From an uncultured Syntrophobacteraceae bacterium (lineage in GTDB: Bacteria > Desulfobacterota > Syntrophobacteria > Syntrophobacterales > Syntrophobacteraceae): 64,000 nt of DNA. Location: NCBI GenBank assembly GCA_964578835.1, contig CAZOEL010000018.1, positions 5,088 through 69,087 on the forward strand, in the 5' to 3' direction. The notes under the pieces were generated by a model. That model saw only the letters and a list, made by a program, of their open reading frames with translations. It was not told the DNA's origin and did no database searches. The translations under genes were made by a program, and so were the position numbers. Positions 19,652 to 30,000 of this stretch are shown in pieces. Each line of letters starts with the position of its first letter. Positions within the stretch are counted from its first letter, which is position 1.

Positions 19652-20836
19652 TTATTTTTCAAGCGCCCGCCGCATTCCACGGATGGCTTGCCGGATACGC
19701 ATTTCATTTTCAACGAGAGCAAAGCGCACGTACTCGTCTCCGTATTCTCCGAAGCCAAGGCCGGGAGACACCGCCACCTTCGCCTCCTCGATCAAGAATT
19801 TCGAAAACTCGACCGATCCCATCTTGCGGAATCGCTCGGGAATGCGGGACCAGACAAACATCGTGCCTTTGGGCTTTTCCTGACTCCAGCCGATCCGGTT
19901 CATGCCATCCACCAAAACGTCCCGGCGCGACTTGTAAATCGACACGATCTCATCGACACAGGACTGGTCGGAATTCAGGGCTATGGTTGCAGCTATCTGG
20001 ATGGGCTGAAAGACGCCGTAATCGAGATAGCTCTTGATGCGGGTAAGAGCGCCCACCATTTCGCTGTTCCCGACACAGAAGCCGACTCGCCATCCCGCCA
20101 TGCTGTAACTCTTGGACATCGAAAAGAATTCAACTCCAACGTCTCTGGCCCCCGGCACTTGAAGGAAGCTCGGAGCTTCGTAGCCATCGAAGGTGAGATC
20201 GGCGTACGCCAGATCGTGAATGACCATCAGGCTGTTTTCTTTTGCGAAATCAACTATCTTTCGAAAGAAGTCCAGATCCACTACCGCAGACGTGGGATTA
20301 TGCGGATAAGAGATGATGAGGAGCTTCGGTCTCGGCCATGTCTGCTTCATGGCGCGCTCCAGATCCTCCAGGAAATTCCTGTCCGTCCCGATCGGTATCG
20401 AACGAACATCTCCACCCGCTATGATCGCCGAATAAGGATGAATGGGATAGGTCGGATTGGGGGCAAACACAACGTCTCCCGGGCTGATCAGGACGAGCAC
20501 GAGATGAGAAAGTCCCTCCTTCGCCCCAATAGTCACCACTGCTTCACTCTCGGGGTCGATGTCCACGTCGTAGCGTCTCTTATACCACTTGGCGATTCCC
20601 TCCCGAAGCTTGGTAATGCCGCGAGAAGCCGAATAGCGGTGATTGTGCGGCTTTTGCACCGCCTCAACAAGCTTGTCGATGATGTGCGGCGGGGTCGCGA
20701 GGTCGGGGTTCCCCATTCCCAAATCGATTATGTCCTCGCCTGCGCGTCGCTTTTCCATTTTCAAAGCGTTCACCTGGGCGAAGACATAGGGCGGCAATCG
20801 ATACATGCGGCTGCATTGAGTGATATTCAAATTCAT
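19652..20836 (-). CDS. Pyridoxal-phosphate aminotransferase, class I (AlaC/aspartate-alanine type)
   Basis: 394 aa with [18 protein letters not shown] and the [14 protein letters not shown] lysine motif. Confidence 0.9.
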   Translation of the reverse strand: MNLNITQCSRMYRLPPYVFAQVNALKMEKRRAGEDIIDLGMGNPDLATPPHIIDKLVEAVQKPHNHRYSASRGITKLREGIAKWYKRRYDVDIDPESEAVVTIGAKEGLSHLVLVLISPGDVVFAPNPTYPIHPYSAIIAGGDVRSIPIGTDRNFLEDLERAMKQTWPRPKLLIISYPHNPTSAVVDLDFFRKIVDFAKENSLMVIHDLAYADLTFDGYEAPSFLQVPGARDVGVEFFSMSKSYSMAGWRVGFCVGNSEMVGALTRIKSYLDYGVFQPIQIAATIALNSDQSCVDEIVSIYKSRRDVLVDGMNRIGWSQEKPKGTMFVWSRIPERFRKMGSVEFSKFLIEEAKVAVSPGLGFGEYGDEYVRFALVENEMRIRQAIRGMRRALEK

Positions 20837-21119
20837 GACTTCTCCCCTTTTAGGCTCCTCGTAAATGAAGATTGAGAAAAAATATCTTAGTGATTCCAGG
20901 ATGTCAAAACATTCTTCGATAAAGCTTTCCCCTCTTCCGCCATCATGAAAACAGGTTGCCGGCTCAGAAGAATTTCTATCCCAGATCCGGGCGCAACCTC
21001 ACAAGTGGGAAAGACCTTGAACTCCGGCCAATCGTTCTGTAAATTTAGTTTTACAGGACGATGTCCCCAGCTAGACGGATGTTTTGAGAACACCCAATAA
21101 TAAGGAAGAAGGCAAACTG

Positions 21120-23045
21120 ATGAAGCAAGTAGTCTTAGGCACTGCCGGTCACATCGATCACGGAAAAACTTCGCTCATCAGGGCTCTGACGGGCATCGAC
21201 ACGGACCGGCTCAAGGAGGAGAAGCTTCGGGGCATCACCATCGAGCTCGGCTTCGCTCATATGGAGCTGCCCAATGGTGAGCGGCTTGGCATCGTAGACG
21301 TCCCGGGCCATGAGCGCTTTGTGCGCCATATGGTGGCCGGCGCAACCGGAATCGATCTCGTGGCGCTCGTCATTGCCGCCGATGAAGGCGTCATGCCCCA
21401 AACCCGCGAGCACATGGAAATATGCCAGCTTTTGCAGGTCAAGAAAGGACTCGTAGTCCTTACGAAAATAGATATGGTGGAAGATCCCGAGTGGGTGGAA
21501 ATGGTGCGGGACGATGTGGCGGAGTTCATGAAGGGAACCTTCCTTGAGGGAGCGCCCATCATTCCGGTCTCCGCCATCACGAAGGAAGGCATGGATGAGC
21601 TGCGTCAGGCCTTGACCGCTCTGGTGGATGAAGTGGAGCCTCGCAGTGCGGACGGACCATTCAGGCTCTCCGTGGATCGAGTGTTCAGCATGCGCGGCTT
21701 CGGTACGGTCGTGACCGGCACCAGCCTCTCCGGCACGGTGCGCATAGGAGACCCCGTAACCGTTTACCCATCCGAGCACAAGACCAAGGTGCGAGGACTC
21801 CAAGTCCACAATGACGAAGTCGAAACGGTGCTGCCAGGACAGCGCACGGCCATAAACCTTCAGAGCATCGAGCGCATTCTCATCGAGCGCGGCAACGTGA
21901 TAGCAACCCCCGGCGCCCTGGTTGCCACCCATATGATAGATGTTTATCTGACGCTTCTCGAGAGCGCTCCGCGGCCGCTCAAGAACCGCGCAAAGATAAG
22001 GTTTCATACGGGAACCGCCGAGCACCTGGGAACAGCCGTGCTTCTAGACGCTGAAGAGCTTGCCCCGGGAAAAGCGGGCTTTATCCAGATACGCCTCGAT
22101 CAGCCCATCGCCGCTCTGCGGGGAGACCGCTTTGTCATCCGCTCTTATTCTCCCGTTCAGACCATAGGCGGCGGCAGCATTCTGCACCCGCTTCCGGGAA
22201 AGCACAAAGGGCACGGCAAGCTCGAGGCGGCGACAGCCCTAAGAACTCTTCTCGAAGGGGACGAGCCAAGCATCATCTTGTGGCACATTCGGGACGCCGG
22301 TCCGGCGGGCTTGAGCGAAGAAGACCTGCGCGTGAGGGCGAATGTTCCTCCAAAGCTTTTGGAAAAAACCCTTCAGCTTTTCATAAGCCAGAAGAAAGCC
22401 ATCCTCTACGACAAAGACAATCGACGCCTGCTTCATCCCGATACGTTGGAGAGCCTCAAGGAGACCGTTGTTGAAGCGCTGGACGACTATCACAAGCGTT
22501 TCCCTCTAAAAACCGGCATGCCCAAAGAAGAGCTTTCCGCGCAACTCCCAAAGCAAGCGGACGCCAAGCTCTACAACTTCGTTCTGCGCAGACTGGCGGA
22601 AGAGGAAAAGATAGTCCAGGAAATGGAATGGGTGCGCCTTGCTTCACATAAGATCGACCTCACAAAAGATGAGCAGGCGATTCGCCAAAAGATAGAAAAG
22701 GCGTTTCAAGATGCGGGACTTCAGCCGCCGTTCATGAAAGATGTGACGGCGAAGCTTCCGGGAACGCCCCGCCAGCATCAGGACGTCATCGAATGGATGC
22801 TCACGCAGGGGATTCTCATAAAAGCCAAAGAGGATATCTACTTTCACTCCACCGCCCTCAATGAGCTGCAGAGCCGCCTCATCGGCTTTCTCAAAGAGCA
22901 TGGAGAGATCACAACCCCCCAGTTCAAGGAAATGACTCAGGTGAGCCGCAAATACACCATCCCTCTGCTGGAATACTTCGATTCGCAGCGCATCACGATC
23001 CGCATTGGAGACACGCGCAGGCTGCGCGAGAGCAGGGTTGGTTGA
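21120..23045 (+). CDS. selB: Selenocysteine-specific translation elongation factor SelB
   Basis: ATG 21120 after AAGGAAG. GTPase motifs [16 protein letters not shown] and TKID are followed by about 300 aa of winged-helix C-terminal domains, as in bacterial SelB. Confidence 0.92.
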   Translation: MKQVVLGTAGHIDHGKTSLIRALTGIDTDRLKEEKLRGITIELGFAHMELPNGERLGIVDVPGHERFVRHMVAGATGIDLVALVIAADEGVMPQTREHMEICQLLQVKKGLVVLTKIDMVEDPEWVEMVRDDVAEFMKGTFLEGAPIIPVSAITKEGMDELRQALTALVDEVEPRSADGPFRLSVDRVFSMRGFGTVVTGTSLSGTVRIGDPVTVYPSEHKTKVRGLQVHNDEVETVLPGQRTAINLQSIERILIERGNVIATPGALVATHMIDVYLTLLESAPRPLKNRAKIRFHTGTAEHLGTAVLLDAEELAPGKAGFIQIRLDQPIAALRGDRFVIRSYSPVQTIGGGSILHPLPGKHKGHGKLEAATALRTLLEGDEPSIILWHIRDAGPAGLSEEDLRVRANVPPKLLEKTLQLFISQKKAILYDKDNRRLLHPDTLESLKETVVEALDDYHKRFPLKTGMPKEELSAQLPKQADAKLYNFVLRRLAEEEKIVQEMEWVRLASHKIDLTKDEQAIRQKIEKAFQDAGLQPPFMKDVTAKLPGTPRQHQDVIEWMLTQGILIKAKEDIYFHSTALNELQSRLIGFLKEHGEITTPQFKEMTQVSRKYTIPLLEYFDSQRITIRIGDTRRLRESRVG

Positions 23046-23110
23046 TTGGCGGAGGCGCGCGCCGGGCCCAATCAGGAAGTTGGAAGCTGAACCAGGAAAG
23101 GAATTCCTTC

Positions 23111-23401
23111 ATGTTGAAACATATAGTCTTTTTCAAGTTCAAGCAGGATGTCCCGGATGCGGATATTTCCAATCTCGAGCAAAAGCTTGCCGCGCTCCCG
23201 GCGCTCATCCCCGAGATAAAAGGATATGAATTCGGTCGCGACATCATCCACTCGGAAAGGTCCTTCGACTTTGCGCTGGTTTCGGCTTTTGACGATCTCG
23301 ATGCATTGAAGCGCTACCAGATGCATCCAGCCCATGTCGAAGTGCTCAACAAGGTCCGAACGATGTGCGAAAGGATTCATGCGGTGGATTTCGAATACTA
23401 G
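23111..23401 (+). CDS. Dabb (stress-responsive alpha/beta barrel) domain protein
   Basis: 96 aa, with MLKHIVFFKFK ... YEFG ... HPAH, typical of Dabb domains. Confidence 0.8.
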   Translation: MLKHIVFFKFKQDVPDADISNLEQKLAALPALIPEIKGYEFGRDIIHSERSFDFALVSAFDDLDALKRYQMHPAHVEVLNKVRTMCERIHAVDFEY

Positions 23402-23411
23402 GCCCTGCGAT

Positions 23412-23885
23412 ATGCCGCCAAAGCAAACGCACATTTACGACTACTACATTGACGAGCGCGGCGATTGGCTCTGCGAGGGAAACCCGGTAACCGATCCCGA
23501 CCTTTTTCGCCTGCTCAGCCGCTCCCTCTTCCAGGATAAGAGCGGGTACTTCGTCCGCTGCGAAGGCGAAGTCCATCCCGTGCGAGTTTCGGATGCGCCG
23601 CTTTGGATTCGCTACATTCATGCGCAACAGAGCTGCGACGGGAAATTGCTCGGCGTTGAAATCGAGCTTCAAGACGGGCGCAGGGAACCGCTCGCACCGG
23701 AGACGCTCACGATCTCAAACAACGACGCTCTTTACTGCCTCGCAACGGCCAGACGCATGAAAGCCCGGTTTGGAAAAGTGGCCTATTATGAGCTCACGCG
23801 CCATGTGGAAATGGAGGAGAATGAAGAGAAATTTCACCTTTCCATCGACGGGCGCAGGTATGACATTCAAATGCTTGATTTATGA
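23412..23885 (+). CDS. DUF1285-like protein
   Basis: 157 aa. YYIDERGDWLCEGNPVTDPDLFRLL ... VSDAPLWI resembles the DUF1285 family. The assignment is from memory. Confidence 0.65.
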   Translation: MPPKQTHIYDYYIDERGDWLCEGNPVTDPDLFRLLSRSLFQDKSGYFVRCEGEVHPVRVSDAPLWIRYIHAQQSCDGKLLGVEIELQDGRREPLAPETLTISNNDALYCLATARRMKARFGKVAYYELTRHVEMEENEEKFHLSIDGRRYDIQMLDL

Positions 23886-23978
23886 AACATAGGATTTGGC
23901 GACAGCTTGGCATAGCCATTAAGGTCGGCATCGACAGGCATTCTCGGTGCAAGTCCACGCGAACAAGAGAACAAAATG

Positions 23979-24004
23979 TCCCCGCTCCACAGACAAAGCG
24001 GGGA
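23979..24004 (-). terminator. Hairpin downstream of the DUF2145-like gene
   Basis: 8-bp stem TCCCCGCT/AGCGGGGA with a 10-nt loop. On the minus strand it is followed by CATTTTG. It lies between convergent genes. Confidence 0.35.
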
Positions 24005-24089
24005 GAGTGGGGAATCATGCCAGGCGGTCAAGTTGAATCGCTTGTTGGCCCACCGTTTTCACATAGCCACGGCGGCCAACAAGGGTCTA

Positions 24090-24896
24090 TTATTCTGGCA
24101 TGACGATCAGTTTTTCGACGCCAGTATCATATTTTTCCAGGTATTGCCCTATCGTCTCGAAAGTGGCGGTAACGGGTGGACCAGGCTGATCAGATGTTGA
24201 CACTTCCGCACTAAACATGGAACCGAGCATTAGCTTGAACGGATTAACGTTAACCTTTTGTGCGAGGAAATACTCCTTCTCATTTGCCTTGATTTTCTTG
24301 ATATCACCGGTCTGGTAGATAGCCGCGTTGGTCACGTCCAGTACAAACTCGGTACAATTCTGTCTGCCCAGCGTGTACGGGTTGGCAATGACCGAGTAGT
24401 GCGGATCGTGCAGTGTCTTGTAAGTCGGGGAGGCAATTACTTCCAACAGGCGTTTCTGCAGTTCAGCAGAAGGGATTATAACTCCGGCTTCCAGCACGGC
24501 CACTCCGGCAAAAAAGTCCACTGGAAAATCCTGCACTAGATGGCTAACATCAGGATTTTTTTCTTGCTGATACAAATTGTAGATCGCATAGCCCAGTAAT
24601 TTGCGACCATCGCTAGTGGTTATTTCCGAATATACGGCAAATGCCGTGTGGGTGAAATTCATCCCTTCCGGCATTTCGGACATTGGACGTCCCTTACGCG
24701 CCAAAATGGCGACGCGCGCCCCTTTGGCAGCGAGCGTCTTTTCCACCTTTTTGGAAAACTTAAGGATCTGTTCGGTAGAAAAATGTATCTTCTCACCGGC
24801 TTGGCTGCTGGCGGAACTGAAGCCGACAGCATGGGCGCAAATGGTGCTGGTGAAGGAAAAGATCAAAAGGAAGAAGGTGTGAATTAGATATCTCAT
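24090..24896 (-). CDS. Secreted DUF2145-like protein
   Basis: 268 aa with an N-terminal signal peptide (MRYLIHTFFLLIFSFTSTICAHA). The body resembles DUF2145 (VAILARKGRP...THTAFAVY...NCTEF). The family assignment is from memory. Confidence 0.6.
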   Translation of the reverse strand: MRYLIHTFFLLIFSFTSTICAHAVGFSSASSQAGEKIHFSTEQILKFSKKVEKTLAAKGARVAILARKGRPMSEMPEGMNFTHTAFAVYSEITTSDGRKLLGYAIYNLYQQEKNPDVSHLVQDFPVDFFAGVAVLEAGVIIPSAELQKRLLEVIASPTYKTLHDPHYSVIANPYTLGRQNCTEFVLDVTNAAIYQTGDIKKIKANEKEYFLAQKVNVNPFKLMLGSMFSAEVSTSDQPGPPVTATFETIGQYLEKYDTGVEKLIVMPE

Positions 24897-24939
24897 AGCG
24901 GCTTCCCTAACAGATTAAATTTCTTTATTGGATTCTTTA

Positions 24940-25305
24940 TCACTCTTGCTTGGTCTTTAGCGCCTCATTGGGCGGCATGGTGGTAATAGACTCATCGGTG
25001 ACTTCCAAGGGCGCGCCAATAGGTGCGGTTGCAGCATTCATGGAATCATATGCGGCGCCTACGCTGACTGCCCCGGCAGAACCCAGTACGGCGCCGCCGA
25101 CGGATAGTGGTACAGCCGTAGCCGCCGATGTCACCTGCCCAGATGCGACGATGGAATGAGCGGCGCTGGCGCTGGCGTTGCCACTGGCCTGAGCTGATTC
25201 CTGGACCGCCTGCTCGACTGGTGTTTTGTCTGCCGCAAACAGCGGGCCGCCGGTCGTAGTAACTAACAAGACAAGGATAGATGAAACAAGACTGGTGATA
25301 CGCAT
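24940..25305 (-). CDS. Small secreted Ala/Ser/Gly-rich protein
   Basis: 121 aa. AAGGAG RBS, a signal peptide (…LLVTTTGGPLFA/AD) and a low-complexity mature part. Confidence 0.5.
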   Translation of the reverse strand: MRITSLVSSILVLLVTTTGGPLFAADKTPVEQAVQESAQASGNASASAAHSIVASGQVTSAATAVPLSVGGAVLGSAGAVSVGAAYDSMNAATAPIGAPLEVTDESITTMPPNEALKTKQE

Positions 25306-25680
25306 TCTAATTCTCCTTTTACTGTAATGAGGGATCTTACGTCAAAAACCCGGCGGCTCTAACAGCCATCCGGTGACAAACCATCGTTTAGGTGACATTA
25401 CAAAATACGATAGATATGCTGGTTAGTAAAACAATAGACGCCTCCCATCTCGTTTAGAGGTTTTTGATATAGAGTTTTCCGTTCAACTTCTTTTCTTCTC
25501 TTCACCTGGGGCCGCAAGGAGGCTGTCCAAAATAGCTAAATTTTGGTCAGCCTACGGCAACCTGACTCATTCGTTATCGTCATGCCCACATGCTTATTAC
25601 CGGAAATGACGGGAAGGAGCCTGATTGGAAGTCTTATTCTAAGCCGTTCATTGTATGGCAACCGAGATTGAGCTCTTCTC

Positions 25681-26991
25681 TCATTTCGATATGTCGAGCG
25701 CCTCCACGGTCTCCTGAACCTTTCCCTCATAGAGCTCCTTGCCCGAAGGAAGGAAGGCATTGATCTGCTCCCTATCCTTATAGGCTCCCTTATCCGTTCC
25801 CCCTATGGCGTAGATCCTGCCGTCGGGCGTGGCCACCGCGGCAAGATCACCCCGGCGGGTGTTCATCTTGGGACCCCTCTCCCACTCATCCTTGAGCGGA
25901 TCGTAGATGAAGACATCGGCAAGGGGACCAGTCTCCTCGCTCTTCACCCCTCCCATGACATAAATTTTCCCGTTGGACGCCTGAGCGCACGCATGTCCGC
26001 TCCTAGGCTCGGGCATGGGCTTGCGGTTCGACCAGGCATCGGCTTTGGGATCATACACCTCTGTCACATCGAGGATTGGCGTCTCCTTTCGGGTCGTCAT
26101 TCCAGCCGAGCCGCCAAAAAGATAGATCTTATCGTCCGCTCCCATGACTGCGGCAAAACCCATCCTCTTCGAGCTGAGGGGCTTCTTGTACTCCCACCTC
26201 CCCGTTTGCGGATCAAAGCATTCCATCGTATCCGACACAATCTCGACGGTCTTGCCATCGCGCGGAAATTCAGGCTCTCTTCTGAATCCTCCCATGACGT
26301 ATATCTTCCCGTCCGAGGCCACAACAGCCCTGTGCTCCATGCGTCTCTCTAGCATTCGCGGAAGGTCTGAATACTTGACGTTCATCAGGTGGGTTCCCTC
26401 CCTGGGCGTTACTACAACCTCAGGCCATTTGTCCTTGATCGGATCATAGGGAATGACGACGCTCTCTCCTGTTCCAGTCCACTTCCCCATGCCTCCCAGC
26501 CACCAGATCCCGCCATCTTTTGCAGCCACAATCGCAACACCGTTTCCCTGCCTCTCAAAGCCCGTATTCCTCAGCCTCTCTCGACTCACCTCCCGGTACT
26601 CCACCTTCGTACCATCCCAGCCGCCCATCCTGAGCAGCAGAATATCCTTTTTCTGATTGGGAGGTTGAGTCATATCGAAAAGCAATTCCCATTTTCTGCT
26701 TTCCTCGTTGTAGAAAAGGTACTTGCCAAACAACGCCCACCCAGGAACCGAAGCTAGATAATTCCAGCGGTCCGTCTCCCGATCATAGGCAAGGTTGGAA
26801 TAGTTGCCAGCTGGAATAGCTGGAATATACAAGACTAATCCTCCCATTACATAGATCTTCCCATCAGGCCCAAGAGTGGCCGCATGGCCATATCTTGGAT
26901 GCGGCATGGGGGCGACGAACCGCCAGACGGACTCTCCCCATGCAAATACGGGCAAAAGTAACAAGAACAATGTCATGACTAGCTTTTTCAT
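25681..26991 (-). CDS. Secreted Kelch-repeat beta-propeller protein
   Basis: 436 aa. Signal peptide MKKLVMTLFLLLLPVFAWG. About seven repeats of the DGKIYVMGG type with a W/Y spacing typical of Kelch blades. Confidence 0.85.
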   Translation of the reverse strand: MKKLVMTLFLLLLPVFAWGESVWRFVAPMPHPRYGHAATLGPDGKIYVMGGLVLYIPAIPAGNYSNLAYDRETDRWNYLASVPGWALFGKYLFYNEESRKWELLFDMTQPPNQKKDILLLRMGGWDGTKVEYREVSRERLRNTGFERQGNGVAIVAAKDGGIWWLGGMGKWTGTGESVVIPYDPIKDKWPEVVVTPREGTHLMNVKYSDLPRMLERRMEHRAVVASDGKIYVMGGFRREPEFPRDGKTVEIVSDTMECFDPQTGRWEYKKPLSSKRMGFAAVMGADDKIYLFGGSAGMTTRKETPILDVTEVYDPKADAWSNRKPMPEPRSGHACAQASNGKIYVMGGVKSEETGPLADVFIYDPLKDEWERGPKMNTRRGDLAAVATPDGRIYAIGGTDKGAYKDREQINAFLPSGKELYEGKVQETVEALDISK

Positions 26992-27027
26992 CTGGATGCC
27001 CTTTCCTTTGCGAGCTAAGGGATGCGC

Positions 27028-30000
27028 CTACTCTGGTTTTGGCACAGCAAAGTTGGCTTCCTCCGGTCGCAACGGGACCTCGTTTGCTCCCGGCTTCAGC
27101 ATGATGACGCGAGCGGTTATCTCCGAGGCGTACGTGTCCGGGCAGCCCCCTATGGGCATTGGAAAATCACACGTTGCCGTAAGATAAAGACCCGGATCTT
27201 GAGTATCACGGTCTGAGGAATTGCCATTTACCTTTTTGACCTTATCCGGGTTTACGGTTCCATCGGGAAAGGCGCCGTTGTCGTTTCCTTCCACGATGCG
27301 CCAGTGGCCAAGACCATCCATAGCATAGACAACGAGAACTACCCTGTCAAAATCACGCGCGTAGCAGTTGTACTCGACCCTGACGCTGTACTCGGCATGC
27401 CTCGGCTCATGGGTGTTTGGCCACAGCAGCGTTTCATTTCTCGTGTATGGCGCATAAGGACTCTTTTCTGAAGTCGATACCGTCCAGTCTGAAAGCCCTT
27501 TGAAGATCTCTGTTCTAAGCTTCTCATTGTCTTTGATTCTATATGTCATTGATCCAAAATTGAAATGATCGAAATCGTAGGTGAGACGATCACGGACTTT
27601 CGCTGCATCGAAAAGGCTCTTGCTTCCATCCGATGAACCGGACTTGTAGCAGAATACGCTCGATACCGGAACAACCTTATCATTGGGCTCCCCGAACCAG
27701 GGAGCCCCGTCGGTTCCAGCTATAAGAGTCATCTGCCCATTGGGAACAGAGTAGCCATTTTTATTCAACCGGCAGAGTTGGGGATTCTCGCTGATCAAGC
27801 ACGGCTGCTTGTCGTCATATGCAAGGAGATCGGCCGTTCCCGGAGAGCGGAGGATTTGTAAAAGAAGACTGAACGGCAAGTTACCGCTCAGCGGCAACAC
27901 TTTGGGAAGGAGATTGAAGTTCTCCAAGAAATAGAGAAGCCCGAAGGTGCCGTGATTGGGCGTTCCCGCTATCACCATATCTTTGACGTTTTTCGCACTC
28001 GCCTGATAGGCTCGCGATATAAGCCCACCCATGGAAAAGCCGAAGGTGTTCACATAAGGAAAGTAACCCGATCCCGGATTTTGCGGATCGGCGGGAAGCC
28101 CCTTGAACTTACATGGCTCCTGCATAAATTTGTCGCGCAGTTGCATGGCCAAGTTTCCTCCGATGTCCATCATGTCAGCCCGGCTGTTTGAGCTCACAAA
28201 AACAGGCCGATAGACTCCATTGGAATGGAGCGCCAGATCTCTCAAAATGTAGTAATACCTGCCGCCCTGGTCATTGGGATCCCCTCCTCCGTCATTCATC
28301 AATATGGTTTTAGGATCCCATCCATGGATGACAAGAAGAGGGAGCGCATTAGGATTGGGCGCTTTTAGCGGATGAAGAATGGAGTTCGTCGTTACGGCAT
28401 CCAGTTCGTCTTTGTCCATGACTTTGACATTGGCGGGGGGAAGAATGACATTTTTGAGGCGTCCAGCGGGAACGAAGAAAAACTTCCTGGCAAAGCTAAA
28501 ATTCGGGACATGCCCCTGGGACGCCAGCAAGACCGGCTTCCTCGCACCCAAGCGAGCTATGACGGGACTTCCGGTCTGGGTCGTTGAAAAGTCGACCACT
28601 GCCGCAGAAAGGTTGTTGATTGTGTCCACAAAGATCTCGTATGGCTTTATACGCATAGCTGTCCAGCGGGTCCCGTCAAAATAATACGGAAAGACGGAGG
28701 CTTCATCAATTCCGACGGTATCCGCGCGGGACTCGGAATATCGAGAGAGGATCAAGACCCATCCCGAAAGGGTTGGGATCTCTTCGCCCTGCACCGCAGG
28801 CTCCAGGACCACTTCTGTAATGCGCCCTATGGCTTTGATCCCACTAACCCCCAAACCGGGGTCCAAATCGAGATCGTCTCCGGGCGAAATCGTCGGACCA
28901 TCGGAAGGCGGCATAAGAGTCACCACGGCATCGCCACTCAGCCCTCCTGGAGGTATAACCAAAGTGAACCTTCCGTCTGGCGACTCGATGCTTCCGCCTT
29001 GTGCGGTTAAAATGAGGCCGGAAACCGACTCCGGTGGAGTGGGATCGGTGAGATCCAACGCAAAGTCCGCTGTGGTGACCGTAGCTGTAGTCCCGTCCTC
29101 ATCCGCAAAGACCAGCACGGTTCTTGTCGTTGCGGGGTAGCCCGGAGCATCGATGGAAATACTGACAAGTCCTGCGGGAAGGCCGCTTAGGCTGTAATGT
29201 CCACTCTGGTCGGTTGTGGCGGTTGCTCCGGTTTCAAGCGCGGTGAGAAGCGCGCCCGAAACAGCCGCCTCCGTCTGATCATCCGTAACAGTCCCTTGAA
29301 TGGAGCCCGTTTCGGGTCTTCGCGTCAGAGTAAAATTAAGCGTTGTGGAAGACATGTCGGCCACAACAACATTTGCGACTGACTGTGAGAGATATTCCGA
29401 ATGGTTTATCACAATGCTGTACGTTCCCACCGGAACACTCACAAGATTATAGGTTCCATCGGCTTCGGTGCTCGCAACCAGAAGACCGTCTCCCGCCACT
29501 TCAATATTTGCATGCCGGATGGGCAAACCTGTCGCCGCGTCCGTAACCGTTCCGGTTACCAATCCTATTGTCAACGGGGGAAGAGCAAAGTCTCCTCCGT
29601 TGGAGTCCCCGTCTACAACCACTGTAGGATATATCGAGACGGCTTCGTGATCGAGCGCCATGGCAATGAGCTGGATCGATCCCAGAGGGAGTCCGGATAG
29701 GACATATTTACCGTCCGCGTCGGCAACGGTCTGAATGTCGGAGCCACTCACCTTGACGACGGCTCCATTCAAGGGAAGGCCGCTCATGGCGTCCAAAACA
29801 AAGCCGGCAACCTCCGTCCCGATCTCTTCCGGATTGGCCACACCGGTTATGACGGGCTCAACGATATCCAGAACAAAGGGGGTTCGATCAACGGTAACGC
29901 TTATGGTGGCGTCTATGAAACCATCTTTCACTAACCGGAATGTTTGGGGCCCGAAGGGAACATCGACCAACGCAAAGCCGCCGTTGGAGTCCGTCTCATC

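Noticed and set aside
19322-20875. 517-aa ORF on the plus strand.
   Set aside because: It is antisense to the aminotransferase gene and the hom 5' end. It has no motifs and a shadow-frame composition.
20840-21120. Search for tRNA-Sec (selC) or another RNA gene upstream of selB, plus the 68-aa ORF at 20887..21093.
   Set aside because: No cloverleaf with a UCA anticodon loop could be drawn. The AGTTCAAGG segment at about 21010 has no flanking anticodon stem. The ORF has no RBS or recognisable motif.
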